The position numbers and the translations under genes were made by a program. From Candidatus Bathyarchaeia archaeon (GTDB taxonomy: Archaea; Thermoproteota; Bathyarchaeia; 40CM-2-53-6), in contig JBEKFP010000001.1 of assembly GCA_050013255.1 (NCBI GenBank), forward strand, positions 544,001-608,000: a DNA stretch of 64,000 nt, given 5' to 3'. Under the pieces are notes generated by a model that saw only the letters and a program-made list of their open reading frames with translations, did not search any database and was not told the DNA's origin. This document shows positions 1-10,508 of the stretch, one piece after another (the first letter of the stretch is position 1; each line of letters begins with the position of its first letter).

Positions 1-52
1 TGCGGATTGGTGAAACGTGAATTTTTTCCATCCGCTGAGACAGGTTTCTCAT
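1..52 (-). CDS. 5' fragment of a probable class I/II PLP-dependent aminotransferase (runs off the window)
   Basis: ATG at 52 reads MRNLSQRMEKIHVSPIR, resembling the LSxRMxxIxxSPIR N-terminus of AspAT-like enzymes; only 17 codons visible. Confidence 0.45.
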   Translation of the reverse strand, partial: MRNLSQRMEKIHVSPIR

Positions 53-101
53 CGACTGCACGTTCTGTCGTGCAGCTTGAACCGCTTATACCGTTTATGC
101 C

Positions 102-1388
102 CTAAGTTGCAGGCTTGATTTTAGTGGCTCCACCCATGTACACTTGCAAAGTTTCTGGGATCGTGATTGAACCGTCTTTGGTTTGGTAGTTCTCCAAGAT
201 TGCTACGAGGGTCCTCTCTGTGGCGACCAATGTGCTGTTGAGTGTGTGAACCCATTTGGTCGGCTCGTAAGGCCTGTCCCTGAACCTAACTTTAGAGCGC
301 ACGGCCTGATACGTCGTGCAATTGCTGCAGGAAACTACCTCCCTGTAATTGCCCTGCCCGGGAAGCCAAGCGTCCAAATCATATTTCTTTGCGGCGACTG
401 TTCCCAGATCTCCCGTGCAAACGTTTACCACTCGGTATGGAATTTTCAGCATCTGGAAGAATTCTTCAGCGTTAGCGATGAGTTTCTCGTGTTCATCCCA
501 AGACTGTTCCGGTTTGCAGAACACAAATTGCTCTACTTTCTCGAATTGGTGCACTCTGAAGATTCCTTTGGTGTCTTTGCCATGTGCACCAGCCTCCTTT
601 CTGAAGCATGGACTTACTCCGCCGTACCTTAGCGGTAGGTTCTTTCCTTCCAATATTTCGTCCATGTGTTGGGCGAGCAGGGCGTGTTCCGATGTGGCGA
701 GAAGGTAAAGATCTTCGCCTTCAACCTTGTAAATCACATCCTCAAAATCTGAGAGTGCAACTGCACCCCCCACGGCTTCACGCCTCAGAAGGTAGGGTGG
801 TTGAGCTAGCTTGTAGCCCTTCATCTCGCAGAAGTCCAAAGCGAGTCTAATTAGAGCATGATTCATTTTCACAAGGTCCCCCCGCAAGTAGTAGAATCTG
901 GCCCCAGCAACCTTCGCGGCTCTTTCCAGGTCAACAAGGCCAAGCTGCGTGGTTAAGTCTATGTGGTCCTTCGGCTTGAAATTGAACTCTGGCGGCTTAC
1001 CCCATTTCCTCACTTCAACGTTATCATTCTCATCTTTTCCAACAGGCACACTCTCGTGGATCAGGTTAGGCAACTGCATGAGGGTGTTTGCAATCTTGCT
1101 ATCCAAGTCTGCACTTTCTTTCTCGAGCGTTTTGACTTTGTCAGGAATCTGTTCAGCCTCTTTGACCAACTGCGTGGTGTTCTGGCCTTGCCTGCGAGCT
1201 TGAGCTATTTGTTCCGTGAGTTTGTTTCTCTTGCTTCGCAGTGTGTCCGCTTCGGTCCGGAGGCTACGCCACCTGCGGTCATTCTCTAGCAGTTCGTCTA
1301 CCCACGGAATCTTTGCCTCATCACCTCTTCGTTCTAGGTTCTGTTTGACAACTTGAGGATTTTCTCGAACGAACTTCATGTCAAGCAT
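102..1388 (-). CDS. serS: Seryl-tRNA synthetase
   Basis: N-terminal coiled coil; LLATSEH, FRKEAG, GIFRVHQFEKVEQF, EVVSCSNC, HTLNST motifs; GGTGA RBS upstream of ATG 1388. Confidence 0.98.
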   Translation of the reverse strand: MLDMKFVRENPQVVKQNLERRGDEAKIPWVDELLENDRRWRSLRTEADTLRSKRNKLTEQIAQARRQGQNTTQLVKEAEQIPDKVKTLEKESADLDSKIANTLMQLPNLIHESVPVGKDENDNVEVRKWGKPPEFNFKPKDHIDLTTQLGLVDLERAAKVAGARFYYLRGDLVKMNHALIRLALDFCEMKGYKLAQPPYLLRREAVGGAVALSDFEDVIYKVEGEDLYLLATSEHALLAQHMDEILEGKNLPLRYGGVSPCFRKEAGAHGKDTKGIFRVHQFEKVEQFVFCKPEQSWDEHEKLIANAEEFFQMLKIPYRVVNVCTGDLGTVAAKKYDLDAWLPGQGNYREVVSCSNCTTYQAVRSKVRFRDRPYEPTKWVHTLNSTLVATERTLVAILENYQTKDGSITIPETLQVYMGGATKIKPAT

Positions 1389-1479
1389 TCTTCTCACCTA
1401 ACCTTTGGTTCTCTGAGAGACAGTTTTGAATTGTTGAGCAATAGCTTGGCCACCTGTTTTGGGCCGCCTAATTAAAGGC

Positions 1480-2343
1480 TCATCTGAGACTCGTCGCGAC
1501 GATCCCCACGGCTAGTAAGATTAGAGCGTATCCCGCAATCTGTATTGGATTGGGAACTTCACTGAAGAGGGAAACAGCGAAGATGGACGCCAGGACTGGC
1601 TCCATTAACGGGAAAAGATTCGCTGTGACCGCCTTTACAGAACCGAGGGAATAGTTGTAAAGTGAGTGGCCAACCGCAGTAGGCAAGAGCGCCAAACCAA
1701 AAATGGCGACGACATTCTGTGCATCATAAAATCTGAAGGTGTGTTCCCCAAGCACTCCAACCAGCAGTAATGCAACTAATGCGGCAGCGGCGTATACGTA
1801 AGAGGTGTAGCAAGCTGTGCTGACACCGCTCCTTCTGAGATATCTTCCAACCAATGAGTATTGGGTTACGAAGAATGCGGCAAGTAATCCAGAAAAGTCG
1901 GCAAGGCCGAAAGCACGAAAGCCATTCCCCGCGTGCGCAACAAGTATTACCCCGACCGTTGCAACCAGTACACTCATTGCTTCCCTTGAGGTTGTCCGCT
2001 CCTTTATCACGAGCGGGGAAAGAACTGCGAGCATAACTGGGCTCGTGTTTACCAAGAACGTTGCGTTCGCGATAGTGGTCTCCTTAACGGCGAAAATGAA
2101 AGTTGCAAAGTGTAGACTAAGAAATACACCGGAAACCGCAACTAGAGTTAAGTCGCGTCTCCCCAGAAACCGTAAGCTTCGCCTCGCCCACGCAAATAGA
2201 ATCATCGCCAAGGCCGCTATGAAAAGACGAAAGAATGCGAGCGACATTGCAGAAGCCTCGGTTGCAAATCTGATGAAGATCGCGCTTGTGGCAAAGAAGA
2301 AAGAGGCAACAAAGAGAGCCGCCATACCCCTTGATGCAAACAA
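1480..2343 (-). CDS. DMT/EamA family transporter
   Basis: About 10 hydrophobic segments, two EamA repeats, LMEPVLA motif. Confidence 0.9.
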   Translation of the reverse strand: MFASRGMAALFVASFFFATSAIFIRFATEASAMSLAFFRLFIAALAMILFAWARRSLRFLGRRDLTLVAVSGVFLSLHFATFIFAVKETTIANATFLVNTSPVMLAVLSPLVIKERTTSREAMSVLVATVGVILVAHAGNGFRAFGLADFSGLLAAFFVTQYSLVGRYLRRSGVSTACYTSYVYAAAALVALLLVGVLGEHTFRFYDAQNVVAIFGLALLPTAVGHSLYNYSLGSVKAVTANLFPLMEPVLASIFAVSLFSEVPNPIQIAGYALILLAVGIVATSLR

Positions 2344-2475
2344 GAAAGAACCACTCGCGGATTTTGGAAGCTCAGCCTATGACCGGCTTCATCGAGCGCT
2401 GTCATTTAACTATGTGAGTGATATTTAGAGTTCGGAATTTAGCGCGCTGCCCTAAGACTCCTGGCGATAGAACTA

Positions 2476-3360
2476 TTGAACAACCAAACCAGAGGAGCAC
2501 TGCTAGTAATGGGAGCCGGCTTTCTCTGGGGAACAACCGGAATAATAAGCAAAATTACCTACGCAGAAACAAATGTTGGCCCAATTTCACTCGCATGGTA
2601 TCGACTGATCTTCGCAATCCCAGTCCTTGCGTTTCTCGTTAGAATCAAGCGGTACGAAATCTCGCTGACCCGTCGCGAGATAGTGCTGTTTGCGTGTTTC
2701 GGCTTCATCAGCCTCACGATTTTCGAAACGCTATTTTTCACCTCATTCTTCTATACTACCGTGCAACATGCCGCTGCACTTCTCTACACTGCTCCAGCAT
2801 TTGTTGCCATATTGTCATGGTTGATCCTTAAGGAGCGTTTCACCAAGGCCAAAGTTATTGCTGTCGCGCTTTCGATTCTAGGCGCTTTTCTGATTCTCGG
2901 CCTAGTCGTTGGTGAACCTCTTTTTGGGTCAAACACTCAGATCGGTGACTGGTTGGCCATCGGCTCTGGCTTAGGGTACTCTACTTGGTACATCTTCGGA
3001 AAGATTCTAGGTAAGAATAGGGACCCGGCTGTCACATCTTTGTTGGCTTTGTGTTTCGGCGCCGTTTTCCTCTTCCCGATTATGGTCGGTCTCGAAGGAG
3101 TCCGCATTCCAAATAGCATTCTTGCGTGGCAGTTAGTGGGAACCATAGGACTCCTACCCACCGCGACTGCGTACGTTCTATACCTTGGGGGCCTAAAGTT
3201 GATTGAAGCCACTAAAGCCAGCGTCTTTGCAATAGTAGAACCGGTCACTGCAGCGATTCTTGGATTCTGGTTCCTGCATGAAATGTTTAGCTACATTTCG
3301 TTCGTCGGTTTTGCGTTAATAATAAGCAGCATCATACTAATTTCAATCAGCCGAACGTAA
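2476..3360 (+). CDS. DMT/EamA family transporter
   Basis: LWGTTG, LLYTAPAFV, IVEPVTAAILG motifs; about 10 TM. Confidence 0.92.
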   Translation: MNNQTRGALLVMGAGFLWGTTGIISKITYAETNVGPISLAWYRLIFAIPVLAFLVRIKRYEISLTRREIVLFACFGFISLTIFETLFFTSFFYTTVQHAAALLYTAPAFVAILSWLILKERFTKAKVIAVALSILGAFLILGLVVGEPLFGSNTQIGDWLAIGSGLGYSTWYIFGKILGKNRDPAVTSLLALCFGAVFLFPIMVGLEGVRIPNSILAWQLVGTIGLLPTATAYVLYLGGLKLIEATKASVFAIVEPVTAAILGFWFLHEMFSYISFVGFALIISSIILISISRT

Positions 3361-3457
3361 GTAACACGAAGTGAACTTCGCCTTCCTTCGGTTCGCACAC
3401 AATATCTTCTTAATCTAATCCTAGACTATAGTTTCCATGGCCGTTGGGTGATAGCTT

Positions 3458-3769
3458 ACGTTCAAAATGATTATCCTACTGAAAAAGAAGGACTCTCTGA
3501 CTGATCAGGAATTTGCCAAATATTTGTTAGAAAAACATGCTCCACTAGCGCAGAAAATGCCAGGGCTGAGGAAGTATGTTGTTAATGTTGTCCGGCGCCC
3601 GCCTAACAGGGAACCAGATTACGACGGGGTCGTGGAATTGTGGTTTGATGATAGTGACAGCATGAAGAAAGCATTCACTTCAACAGAAGGCCAAGCAACC
3701 CAGAAAGATACGGAGAGCTTCACTAACAAATTGACCACATTATACATAGACGAACATACGATCGTCTAG
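3458..3769 (+). CDS. EthD family dimeric alpha/beta-barrel protein
   Basis: HAPLAQKMPGLRKYVVN and YDGVVELWFD motifs; GGTGA RBS lies 6 nt before an in-frame ACG (3458); first ATG is 3467. Confidence 0.88.
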   Translation, partial: TFKMIILLKKKDSLTDQEFAKYLLEKHAPLAQKMPGLRKYVVNVVRRPPNREPDYDGVVELWFDDSDSMKKAFTSTEGQATQKDTESFTNKLTTLYIDEHTIV

Positions 3770-3831
3770 AGCAAGTTACTGCGCGCATAAGCCGTCTCGA
3801 CGGATAGGTTAACGTTCAGGACACATCACGA

Positions 3832-4251
3832 ATGACAAAACCATCATCACGCCGGATGATTTGGATACGGCAGCTAGCAAGAGAGATGCCGTTCTACAAG
3901 CACCTAGGCATGCATCTGACAAGACTTGGGGCAGGAAGAGCTGAGATTCGAATCAAGGTAACAAAACGGTTAACACAAGACGCTGGCGTGGCACACGGCG
4001 GAGTAGCCGCAACTTTAATCGACTCAGCTGTGGGCTTAGCCTTATGCACTATGCTCGACGCAGAGGAATTCATCACCACGGTCGAACTGAAAGTGAACTT
4101 TACAGCACCTGCCCAACTAGGCCTGCTGAAAGCTTCAGGCCACATCATTCACAAGGGTAAGCGCATCGCCGTCGGCGAAGCTGAAGTCAAAGACCAGAAG
4201 CGAAGGCTAATTGCGAAAGGACTTGTAACTTACATTATAATGACAAAATAA
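3832..4251 (+). CDS. PaaI family hotdog-fold thioesterase
   Basis: GVAHGGVAATLIDSAVG and TVELKVNF motifs. Confidence 0.92.
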   Translation: MTKPSSRRMIWIRQLAREMPFYKHLGMHLTRLGAGRAEIRIKVTKRLTQDAGVAHGGVAATLIDSAVGLALCTMLDAEEFITTVELKVNFTAPAQLGLLKASGHIIHKGKRIAVGEAEVKDQKRRLIAKGLVTYIIMTK

Positions 4252-4274
4252 CGCTTGCACGTGATTGACATTTT

Positions 4275-5201
4275 CTAAGCCCACTTGTTCTTGGCGGCTC
4301 GTGTCAAAGCGATATCGGCAAGTGCCGAAATGAAAGTTTGGCTCGTGTTCAGGGACTCAGTCCGCCTCAGATCCAAACCGTGTGCCCTAGCAAATTCTTG
4401 GGCTTCCACATCAATATCGTACAATATCTCAAGGTGGTCGGCGACGAAGCCTATTGGAACAACTAGAACATTGAAAGTTTTGCCGCGTTCGCTGATTTCC
4501 TTAAGCGATTCCAGAATGTCTGGGCCAAGCCATTTCTCGCCTGTTTGACCAGCGCTCTGATAAGCGAAGGACCAGCGGTCAAGTTTCAGCATGTTTGCTA
4601 CGGCTTGGCATGAGCTACGCAGTTGCGATGGATATGGGTCGTTGTGGTCAAGGATGCGTTCTGGTAGACTATGTGCTGTAAACAAAATGTCGACGTCACA
4701 TGATTTGGGAAACTGTTCCATAGCGAGACTAACTTTCTCGGCGACCGCACGCTGGAATAGGGGATGGTCGTACCAGCTATCGACGAAATCCACGCTCAAG
4801 TTGCCAGCTGCGGCCAGAGCTTGGTCAAGGGCTTGTTTGTACCCGCCAATACTGACCTGAGAATAGTGTGGGGTCAGTGCTAATGCAATAATTCTACTAA
4901 TCCCATCATTCGCGACTCTCGGAATAACTTCACCTATGTATGGATGCCAATGTTTCATGCCTACATAGACTCGGGCCTTTACCCCTCGTGCGTTCAGGGT
5001 CCTTTCTAGGGCTGAGGCTTGCGCATTCGAGATATCAAGTAACGGGGAACGACCACCAATCTTCCTGTATCGCTCCGCCAGATGTTCTAGAACATTTTCA
5101 GTTGGCCTATGGCCCCTCCTGATATCCGTCAGGTATGGCTCCATGTCCTCCTCTGAATTTGGAGTCCCATAAGCCATCAGAAGAACGCCGAAGTCTGCCA
5201 A
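4275..5201 (-). CDS. hemH: Ferrochelatase (probably coproporphyrin ferrochelatase CpfC)
   Basis: GVLLMAYGTP, YVGMKHWHP, FTAHSLP, AYQSAG..WLGP, GFVADHLEILYDID motifs, typical of Bacillus-type HemH. Confidence 0.95.
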   Translation of the reverse strand: MADFGVLLMAYGTPNSEEDMEPYLTDIRRGHRPTENVLEHLAERYRKIGGRSPLLDISNAQASALERTLNARGVKARVYVGMKHWHPYIGEVIPRVANDGISRIIALALTPHYSQVSIGGYKQALDQALAAAGNLSVDFVDSWYDHPLFQRAVAEKVSLAMEQFPKSCDVDILFTAHSLPERILDHNDPYPSQLRSSCQAVANMLKLDRWSFAYQSAGQTGEKWLGPDILESLKEISERGKTFNVLVVPIGFVADHLEILYDIDVEAQEFARAHGLDLRRTESLNTSQTFISALADIALTRAAKNKWA

Positions 5202-5210
5202 GTCTCGCGC

Positions 5211-6239
5211 CTACGAGGAACTCTGAGTGGAGTCGTGAACGAAATTTACCAGTTCAATAACTTTCTGCGGCGATGTCTCCGGTAACATTCCATGCCCCAA
5301 GTTGAAGATATGGCCTACTCTTCCCTTAGTTTTCATTAGAACCTCCCCTGCCTGAGATTTGATTAGCTCGGAAGTCCCCAGTAAGACAGCGGGGTCTAAG
5401 TTGCCTTGGATTCCTACATCGCTACCCAGCCTCCCCCATGCTACGTCTATGGGAATTCGCCAATCAACTCCGAACACATCTCCCCCCGCCTGCTTCATTT
5501 CCTCAAGTAAGTTTGATGTTCCTGTGCCGAAGTGAATGCGCGGCACGCCAGTCCCCTCCAACTCTTTGAAGATTCGGCGCGAATGTGGAAGCACATATTG
5601 ATGGTAATCGTGCGGGCTAAGGCACCCAACCCAACTATCGAAAAGTTGAACCACGTCCACCCCCGCTTTGACCTGCGCTCGCAGATAACTCGCCATGGCT
5701 GTCGCCAACTCGTTCATCAAGGCATGCCACGTCTTCGGATCACGGTACATCAGCATCTTAGTGTTCAGGAAGTCCCTCGTTGGCCTGCCTTCGATAAGGT
5801 AACTTGCTAATGTGAATGGGGCTCCGCAAAAACCAATTAACGGAACGTTAAGAATTTTCTTCACCTGCGCTATGGCTTCAAGAACATATGGGACATCTTC
5901 TTTTGGGTTGAGAGTAGTTAAGGAACTGACGGAGTCTAGACTTTGGATTGGTTCATGAATCAAGGGGCCGAGTCCTTCCTTAATTTCGAACTTTACGCCC
6001 ATGCCTTCCAGCGGCAGCATAATGTCAGCGAACATGATCGCTGCATCTACGCCTAGAATTTCCACAGGTAATGAGGTAACCTCCGCGCACAAGTCAGGAT
6101 TCTTGCAGATCGAAATCAAGTCATGCTTCTCCCTGATCTTCCTATATTCTGGGAGAAACCTTCCAGCCTGACGCATGAACCAGACAGGGGTAGCGTCGAC
6201 GGGTTGTAGCCGACACGCCTTGACGAGACGGTCATTCAT
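5211..6239 (-). CDS. hemE: Uroporphyrinogen decarboxylase (UroD)
   Basis: PVWFMRQAGR, GFCGAPFTLASY, QGNLDP, IFNLGHG motifs; start moved to ATG 6239. Confidence 0.97.
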   Translation of the reverse strand: MNDRLVKACRLQPVDATPVWFMRQAGRFLPEYRKIREKHDLISICKNPDLCAEVTSLPVEILGVDAAIMFADIMLPLEGMGVKFEIKEGLGPLIHEPIQSLDSVSSLTTLNPKEDVPYVLEAIAQVKKILNVPLIGFCGAPFTLASYLIEGRPTRDFLNTKMLMYRDPKTWHALMNELATAMASYLRAQVKAGVDVVQLFDSWVGCLSPHDYHQYVLPHSRRIFKELEGTGVPRIHFGTGTSNLLEEMKQAGGDVFGVDWRIPIDVAWGRLGSDVGIQGNLDPAVLLGTSELIKSQAGEVLMKTKGRVGHIFNLGHGMLPETSPQKVIELVNFVHDSTQSSS

Positions 6240-6417
6240 TTTTGACTGCAAACAACCTAAGCATTGTTTGGGTTTCCCGGAAGGCAAGTTTTCCCTGGTA
6301 CACTGTGCCCAATGACGAAACTAAATCCATAACCGCGCTACCTCCCCTGCATGCGTCTAGAGAGCTATAGATTCTTGATGCTTCAAAGGAATCACGAAGA
6401 ATAAACGGAGCTGCAAG

Positions 6418-7143
6418 TCATCCGAGAAGGTTGAGGATTTCGTTGATTGGCATGGTGATGCATGTGAAAATAGGCGTCTCAATCGCTGTGTAGCGGCTGG
6501 CTTCACTACTCCTGAGCTCCATTACCAGTTCAGAGAAATCAGCGGGCTCGTCTGTCTCAAACGCCAATACGAATTCCTGATCGTCTAGGCCGAAGGAGTA
6601 ACCAGTGTGGATTTGGACTGAGGGATACTTGTGTCCGATCTTGAAATGTTGCGCCATCGCGAGCCTCCGCTCCTCATGAGGTAAGAAATACCATTCACGT
6701 TTCTTGACAAAGGGGTACACGAATAGGTATTTTGAGTTCCCGGGGTGCCCGTTTAATGATGCGCCTTCCTGGCCTTCATGCTGGTGGGTGCCTAGGTATT
6801 CAGATTGCCGCGTTATCGCCAGATATGAGTACGGAATCTCCAAGTATTTCCCCAGCATTGACGAGAGCAGGTTTGAAGTTAGTTCCTGGAAATCTTCTAG
6901 CCTTCTGCTAATTGTCCAAAGCATGAAGTCAGCGTCCCCTCTAATTCCGACGAGGGAGTAACTGCTGAGTATGTTTTGTTTCCCGAAGCGGTTGGTGATA
7001 GATGCGAACTCTTGCTTCGCCGTTGACTTATTCGCGTTGTCGAGCCGCCTCCATTGTGAGTCAACTTTGAAGAATGTGTACTTCAGATACTCTCTTTCAG
7101 TATCCTGGATTGAGTTCGCCTCCGTGGAAGTTTGAGTTTTCAT
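6418..7143 (-). CDS. hemQ: Chlorite dismutase-family protein, probable coproheme decarboxylase (ChdC/HemQ)
   Basis: YPFVKKREWY (ChdC Tyr/Lys motif), proximal His in MAQH, YSFGLDDQEF; lacks the distal Arg of true Cld; inside a heme operon. Confidence 0.8.
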   Translation of the reverse strand: MKTQTSTEANSIQDTEREYLKYTFFKVDSQWRRLDNANKSTAKQEFASITNRFGKQNILSSYSLVGIRGDADFMLWTISRRLEDFQELTSNLLSSMLGKYLEIPYSYLAITRQSEYLGTHQHEGQEGASLNGHPGNSKYLFVYPFVKKREWYFLPHEERRLAMAQHFKIGHKYPSVQIHTGYSFGLDDQEFVLAFETDEPADFSELVMELRSSEASRYTAIETPIFTCITMPINEILNLLG

Positions 7144-7145
7144 GA

Positions 7146-8156
7146 TCAGTCTTCCCGCAACCAGTTTGCAGCTTCTTTTGCGAAGTATGTGATTATGATA
7201 TTAGCCCCGGCGCGTTTGATTGCTGTCAGTACTTCCAGAGCCACGAGTTTATCGTTAAGCCATCCCTTTTGGCCTGCGGCCTTAATCATAGCGTACTCGC
7301 CACTCACATTGTATGCGGCTAGAGGAACATTGAATTCCGCACGTGCGCTGCCGATAATATCCAAGTAGCTCAGTGCAGGCTTTACCATTACGATGTCAGC
7401 TCCTTCTTTGATGTCGATTGCGATTTCCTTTAGAGCCTCTCTACGGTTAGGAGGGTCCATCTGGTAGGTTCTACGATCTCCCCAAAGCGGCGTGGATTCA
7501 GCCGCTTCTCTGAAAGGCCCATAGAAGGCGGATGCGTATTTGGCCGAGTAAGCCATGATGGAAGTATCTGCGAAGTCACGTTCGTCGAGTGCTGCACGAA
7601 TCGCTTTCACTTGTCCATCCATCATCGCACTGGGGCCTACGATGTCCGCACCGGCCTCCGCGTGTGATACCGCCACGCGGGAAAGGATTCCTAAGGTTTC
7701 ATCGTTAGCCACAGTTCCTCCATGGATAATCCCACAGTGTCCGTGATCGGTGTACTGGCAGAGACAAACATCTGTAGCAACGACCAGCTCCGGCGCCAAT
7801 TTCTTAACGGCACGAACCGCCTGCTGAACTATTCCGTCGGTTTGGTATGCCTCGCTACCTGTCGCATCTTTGTGTTCTGGCAAACCAAAGAGGAGGATGG
7901 CGGGTATCTTCAGGTCTGTGACCGTCGAAATCTCGTCCTCAAGACCCGAAAGAGGAAGCCTGTAGATTCCAGGCATCGATTCAACTTCCTCGTGCTTCGA
8001 AATTCTGCGGTCCACGAAGATAGGATACATCATATCTGAACTTGACAAACGTGTTTCCTGCATCAATAGACGCATGGAACGTAGTCGCCTAAGACGGCGC
8101 GGTCTTTCAGCTGCCTTGAATTCTTTCGAAGCCTCATATAGTTCCGATTTCATCAA
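7146..8156 (-). CDS. hemB: Porphobilinogen synthase (Zn-binding type)
   Basis: RPRRLR, DVCLCQYTDHGHCG Zn motif, MVKPAL, AYNVSGEY. Confidence 0.98.
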   Translation of the reverse strand: MMKSELYEASKEFKAAERPRRLRRLRSMRLLMQETRLSSSDMMYPIFVDRRISKHEEVESMPGIYRLPLSGLEDEISTVTDLKIPAILLFGLPEHKDATGSEAYQTDGIVQQAVRAVKKLAPELVVATDVCLCQYTDHGHCGIIHGGTVANDETLGILSRVAVSHAEAGADIVGPSAMMDGQVKAIRAALDERDFADTSIMAYSAKYASAFYGPFREAAESTPLWGDRRTYQMDPPNRREALKEIAIDIKEGADIVMVKPALSYLDIIGSARAEFNVPLAAYNVSGEYAMIKAAGQKGWLNDKLVALEVLTAIKRAGANIIITYFAKEAANWLRED

Positions 8157-8925
8157 CTATCGCCTCAACTAAAGCATCAATTGTGTGTATCTCCGCAACA
8201 ATGTCAACGTCTATGCCTAATTCCTTCGTCGCCTCAACCGTTACCGGTCCAATACAAGCAACCTTGACCGTGCTCAAAAATTGCTCTAGCTTATTGAACC
8301 CCAGAACCCGCGCTAAGTTACGCACGGTAGATGGACTAGTGAAGGTTATCAGGTCTACTCCTCCAGCAAATATGCAGGTCAAACGATCTGGCGTCAAGTC
8401 GGGTGGGATGATGGTTCGATATGCTACAACCTCCTCAACCAAGGCTCCGCGTTTTCGCAATAGGTCTGGGAGTTTCTTCGACGCGATGTCCGCGCGAGGT
8501 AGAAGAATCCGCCTCCCTTTCACATCTCCTAGGCCGTCAGCTATTTTCCAGGAGAGGAATTCGGTAGGAACTAGTTCAGGCTTCTTGACGGTACGCTCCA
8601 AAGCCGACGCTGTCGCGGGTCCGATGGCGGCTAACATGACTTGCTTCAAGGCCGAAGGTGCAATCTTGAGGTCTGCCATGCGTTTCATGAAGAACCGGAC
8701 GCCATGAACGCTTGTGAATACGATCCAATCGTACTCGTTAAGTCTCCCTAGGGCCTCATCCAAAGTGTCATTGTTCTCGGCAGGGATTATCTCGATAGTA
8801 GGCAATTCGATCGTTCTTGCTCCGAGTTCACGCAGTTTCTCCGAAAGGTTTTGGACCTGTTCAATGGGTCGAGTTACCAGAATCGTCACCCCAGATAGCG
8901 GTTTTAGTGACGCTGCCTGCATCAC
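8134..8925 (-). CDS. hemD: Uroporphyrinogen-III synthase
   Basis: ILVTRP, WIVFTSVHGV, AIGPATA, FTSPSTV, CIGPVT motifs. Confidence 0.95.
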   Translation of the reverse strand: MMQAASLKPLSGVTILVTRPIEQVQNLSEKLRELGARTIELPTIEIIPAENNDTLDEALGRLNEYDWIVFTSVHGVRFFMKRMADLKIAPSALKQVMLAAIGPATASALERTVKKPELVPTEFLSWKIADGLGDVKGRRILLPRADIASKKLPDLLRKRGALVEEVVAYRTIIPPDLTPDRLTCIFAGGVDLITFTSPSTVRNLARVLGFNKLEQFLSTVKVACIGPVTVEATKELGIDVDIVAEIHTIDALVEAIVDEIGTI

Positions 8926-9836
8926 TTAGTCTCCAATACGATTTCTGCACCCTTCTTCAACAACGACTCCGCCAATTCCTCCCCAGCTTTCTCCGCGCTG
9001 GGATTATCTGAAACAAGTCGACCTCTCAGAATCAGCCTTCCGCTGGCAGCGGCGACCATTCCGTCGATTGCTAGCTTTCCATTCTCAAGCTTTGCATATG
9101 CAGCGATCGGGGTCTGACAGTTAGCTCCTAGCCTCTTTGCAAACCCGCGCTCAGCCTCAATTGCTCTGCGGGTTGGCCCGTGATCTAGCTTTGACAATAG
9201 CGTTCTGATTTCAGCATCATCTTCCCGGCTCTGAACCGCTAGGGCTCCCTGTCCAACCGCAGGCAGCATTACATTTGGCGAAAAAAATTCAGTTACTTTC
9301 CCATCAAGTCCAAGCCTTATGAGGCCAGCAGCGGCAAGCACAAGCGCGTCACAGTCACCCTTCTGAAGTTTCCGCAAGCGAGTGTCAATATTCCCGTTCA
9401 TCTCAACGATTTCCAGATCACCCCGCGCCGCGAGGAGTTGCGCTTTCCTCCTCACGCTACTCGTTCCAATTCGTGCTCCGCCGTCAAGCTGTTGAAATTT
9501 CTTGTTTCGGGAAATAAGAACGTCACGTGGGTTCACTCGCTCTGGGACAGCGGCTATCAGAAGGCCTGGCGGTATGTCGGTTGTAAGGTCCTTCATACTG
9601 TGAACAGCTAGGTCGACTTCACCTTGAATTAGTGAATCCTCTATTTCCTTCGTGAAGAGGCTCTTTCCTTCAACCCTAACCGTTCCGGTGTCGTGCATCT
9701 TGTCGCCTTGTGTCCTAATCGGGACAACTTCGCATCGAATATGTGGTGCAATCTTCTTCAGCGAATCAACCATTTCGTTAGTTTGCGCCAATGCGAGCGA
9801 ACTGCCCCTGGTTCCAATGCGCAAGTGTTGTTTCAT
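8922..9836 (-). CDS. hemC: Hydroxymethylbilane synthase (porphobilinogen deaminase)
   Basis: IGTRGSSLALAQ, AVHSMKD, GTSSVRR, cofactor Cys in GANCQTP. Confidence 0.97.
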   Translation of the reverse strand: MKQHLRIGTRGSSLALAQTNEMVDSLKKIAPHIRCEVVPIRTQGDKMHDTGTVRVEGKSLFTKEIEDSLIQGEVDLAVHSMKDLTTDIPPGLLIAAVPERVNPRDVLISRNKKFQQLDGGARIGTSSVRRKAQLLAARGDLEIVEMNGNIDTRLRKLQKGDCDALVLAAAGLIRLGLDGKVTEFFSPNVMLPAVGQGALAVQSREDDAEIRTLLSKLDHGPTRRAIEAERGFAKRLGANCQTPIAAYAKLENGKLAIDGMVAAASGRLILRGRLVSDNPSAEKAGEELAESLLKKGAEIVLETK

Positions 9837-9891
9837 TGTTTGTTAGTTCCCACCAGAGTGAAATGCTGTGGAATATTTGCCATTGTTTTGC

Positions 9892-10494
9892 TCACATTCC
9901 GGTGCATTCGGAAGTTGGTCTCATTGCCCGAAGGAAGAAGTCAGAGAGATAATTTGCTGCCTCCGATGGTTTGTAGCTTCGTTTGAAGTGAATTTGCTGG
10001 AAGACGAGGCGATGCATCATACCAAGTAAACATTCAGCAGCCATTTTCGGGTCTGTTTCGCGGAATTCTCCGGCAGCGATTCCCTTTCGAATTATACGCG
10101 TTAGAAGAGATTGAATTCGGCCAAGCTCAGCCAATAAGGTGTTCCGTCCCAGCGAATCGAGCTCTGTCGAGTGCCTTACGTAGAGGCCGACATTCAATCG
10201 TTCCTTCGGGAAGCTAGTGAGGTACGTGTGAACGAATGCTCGGACTTGCGATGCCGGTTTCTTGGCCTTCTTATATTCATTATCTAATTGTGTGATGAAC
10301 CCTGTCATGCTCACGCTTTCGCGTACAACTGTATCGAACAGTGCCTCCTTGTTTCTGAAATAGTAGTAGATTGTGGGAGCTGTGACGCTAGCAGCCTTAC
10401 ATATGTCGCGGATAGCGACGTTGGAGAACCCACGTCTAGTGAAGAGCTCTTTGGCAACTTCCAATATTCTGTGTTCTTGGTTAGTCTTCGACAT
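9892..10494 (-). CDS. TetR/AcrR family transcriptional regulator
   Basis: N-terminal TetR HTH (ILEVAKELF..RGF...IRDIC..ASVTAPTIYYYFRNKEALF). Confidence 0.93.
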   Translation of the reverse strand: MSKTNQEHRILEVAKELFTRRGFSNVAIRDICKAASVTAPTIYYYFRNKEALFDTVVRESVSMTGFITQLDNEYKKAKKPASQVRAFVHTYLTSFPKERLNVGLYVRHSTELDSLGRNTLLAELGRIQSLLTRIIRKGIAAGEFRETDPKMAAECLLGMMHRLVFQQIHFKRSYKPSEAANYLSDFFLRAMRPTSECTGM

Positions 10495-10508
10495 TTCATT
10501 TATTCAGC

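Noticed and set aside
6249-6270. CAAACAA/TTGTTTG hairpin upstream of hemE as a riboswitch or operator
   Set aside because: Short AT-rich stem, no known RNA motif, and it does not match the candidate TetR site.
6418-7143. True chlorite dismutase (perchlorate metabolism)
   Set aside because: Ile occupies the distal Arg position, the ChdC YPFVK motif is present, and the gene is inside a heme operon.
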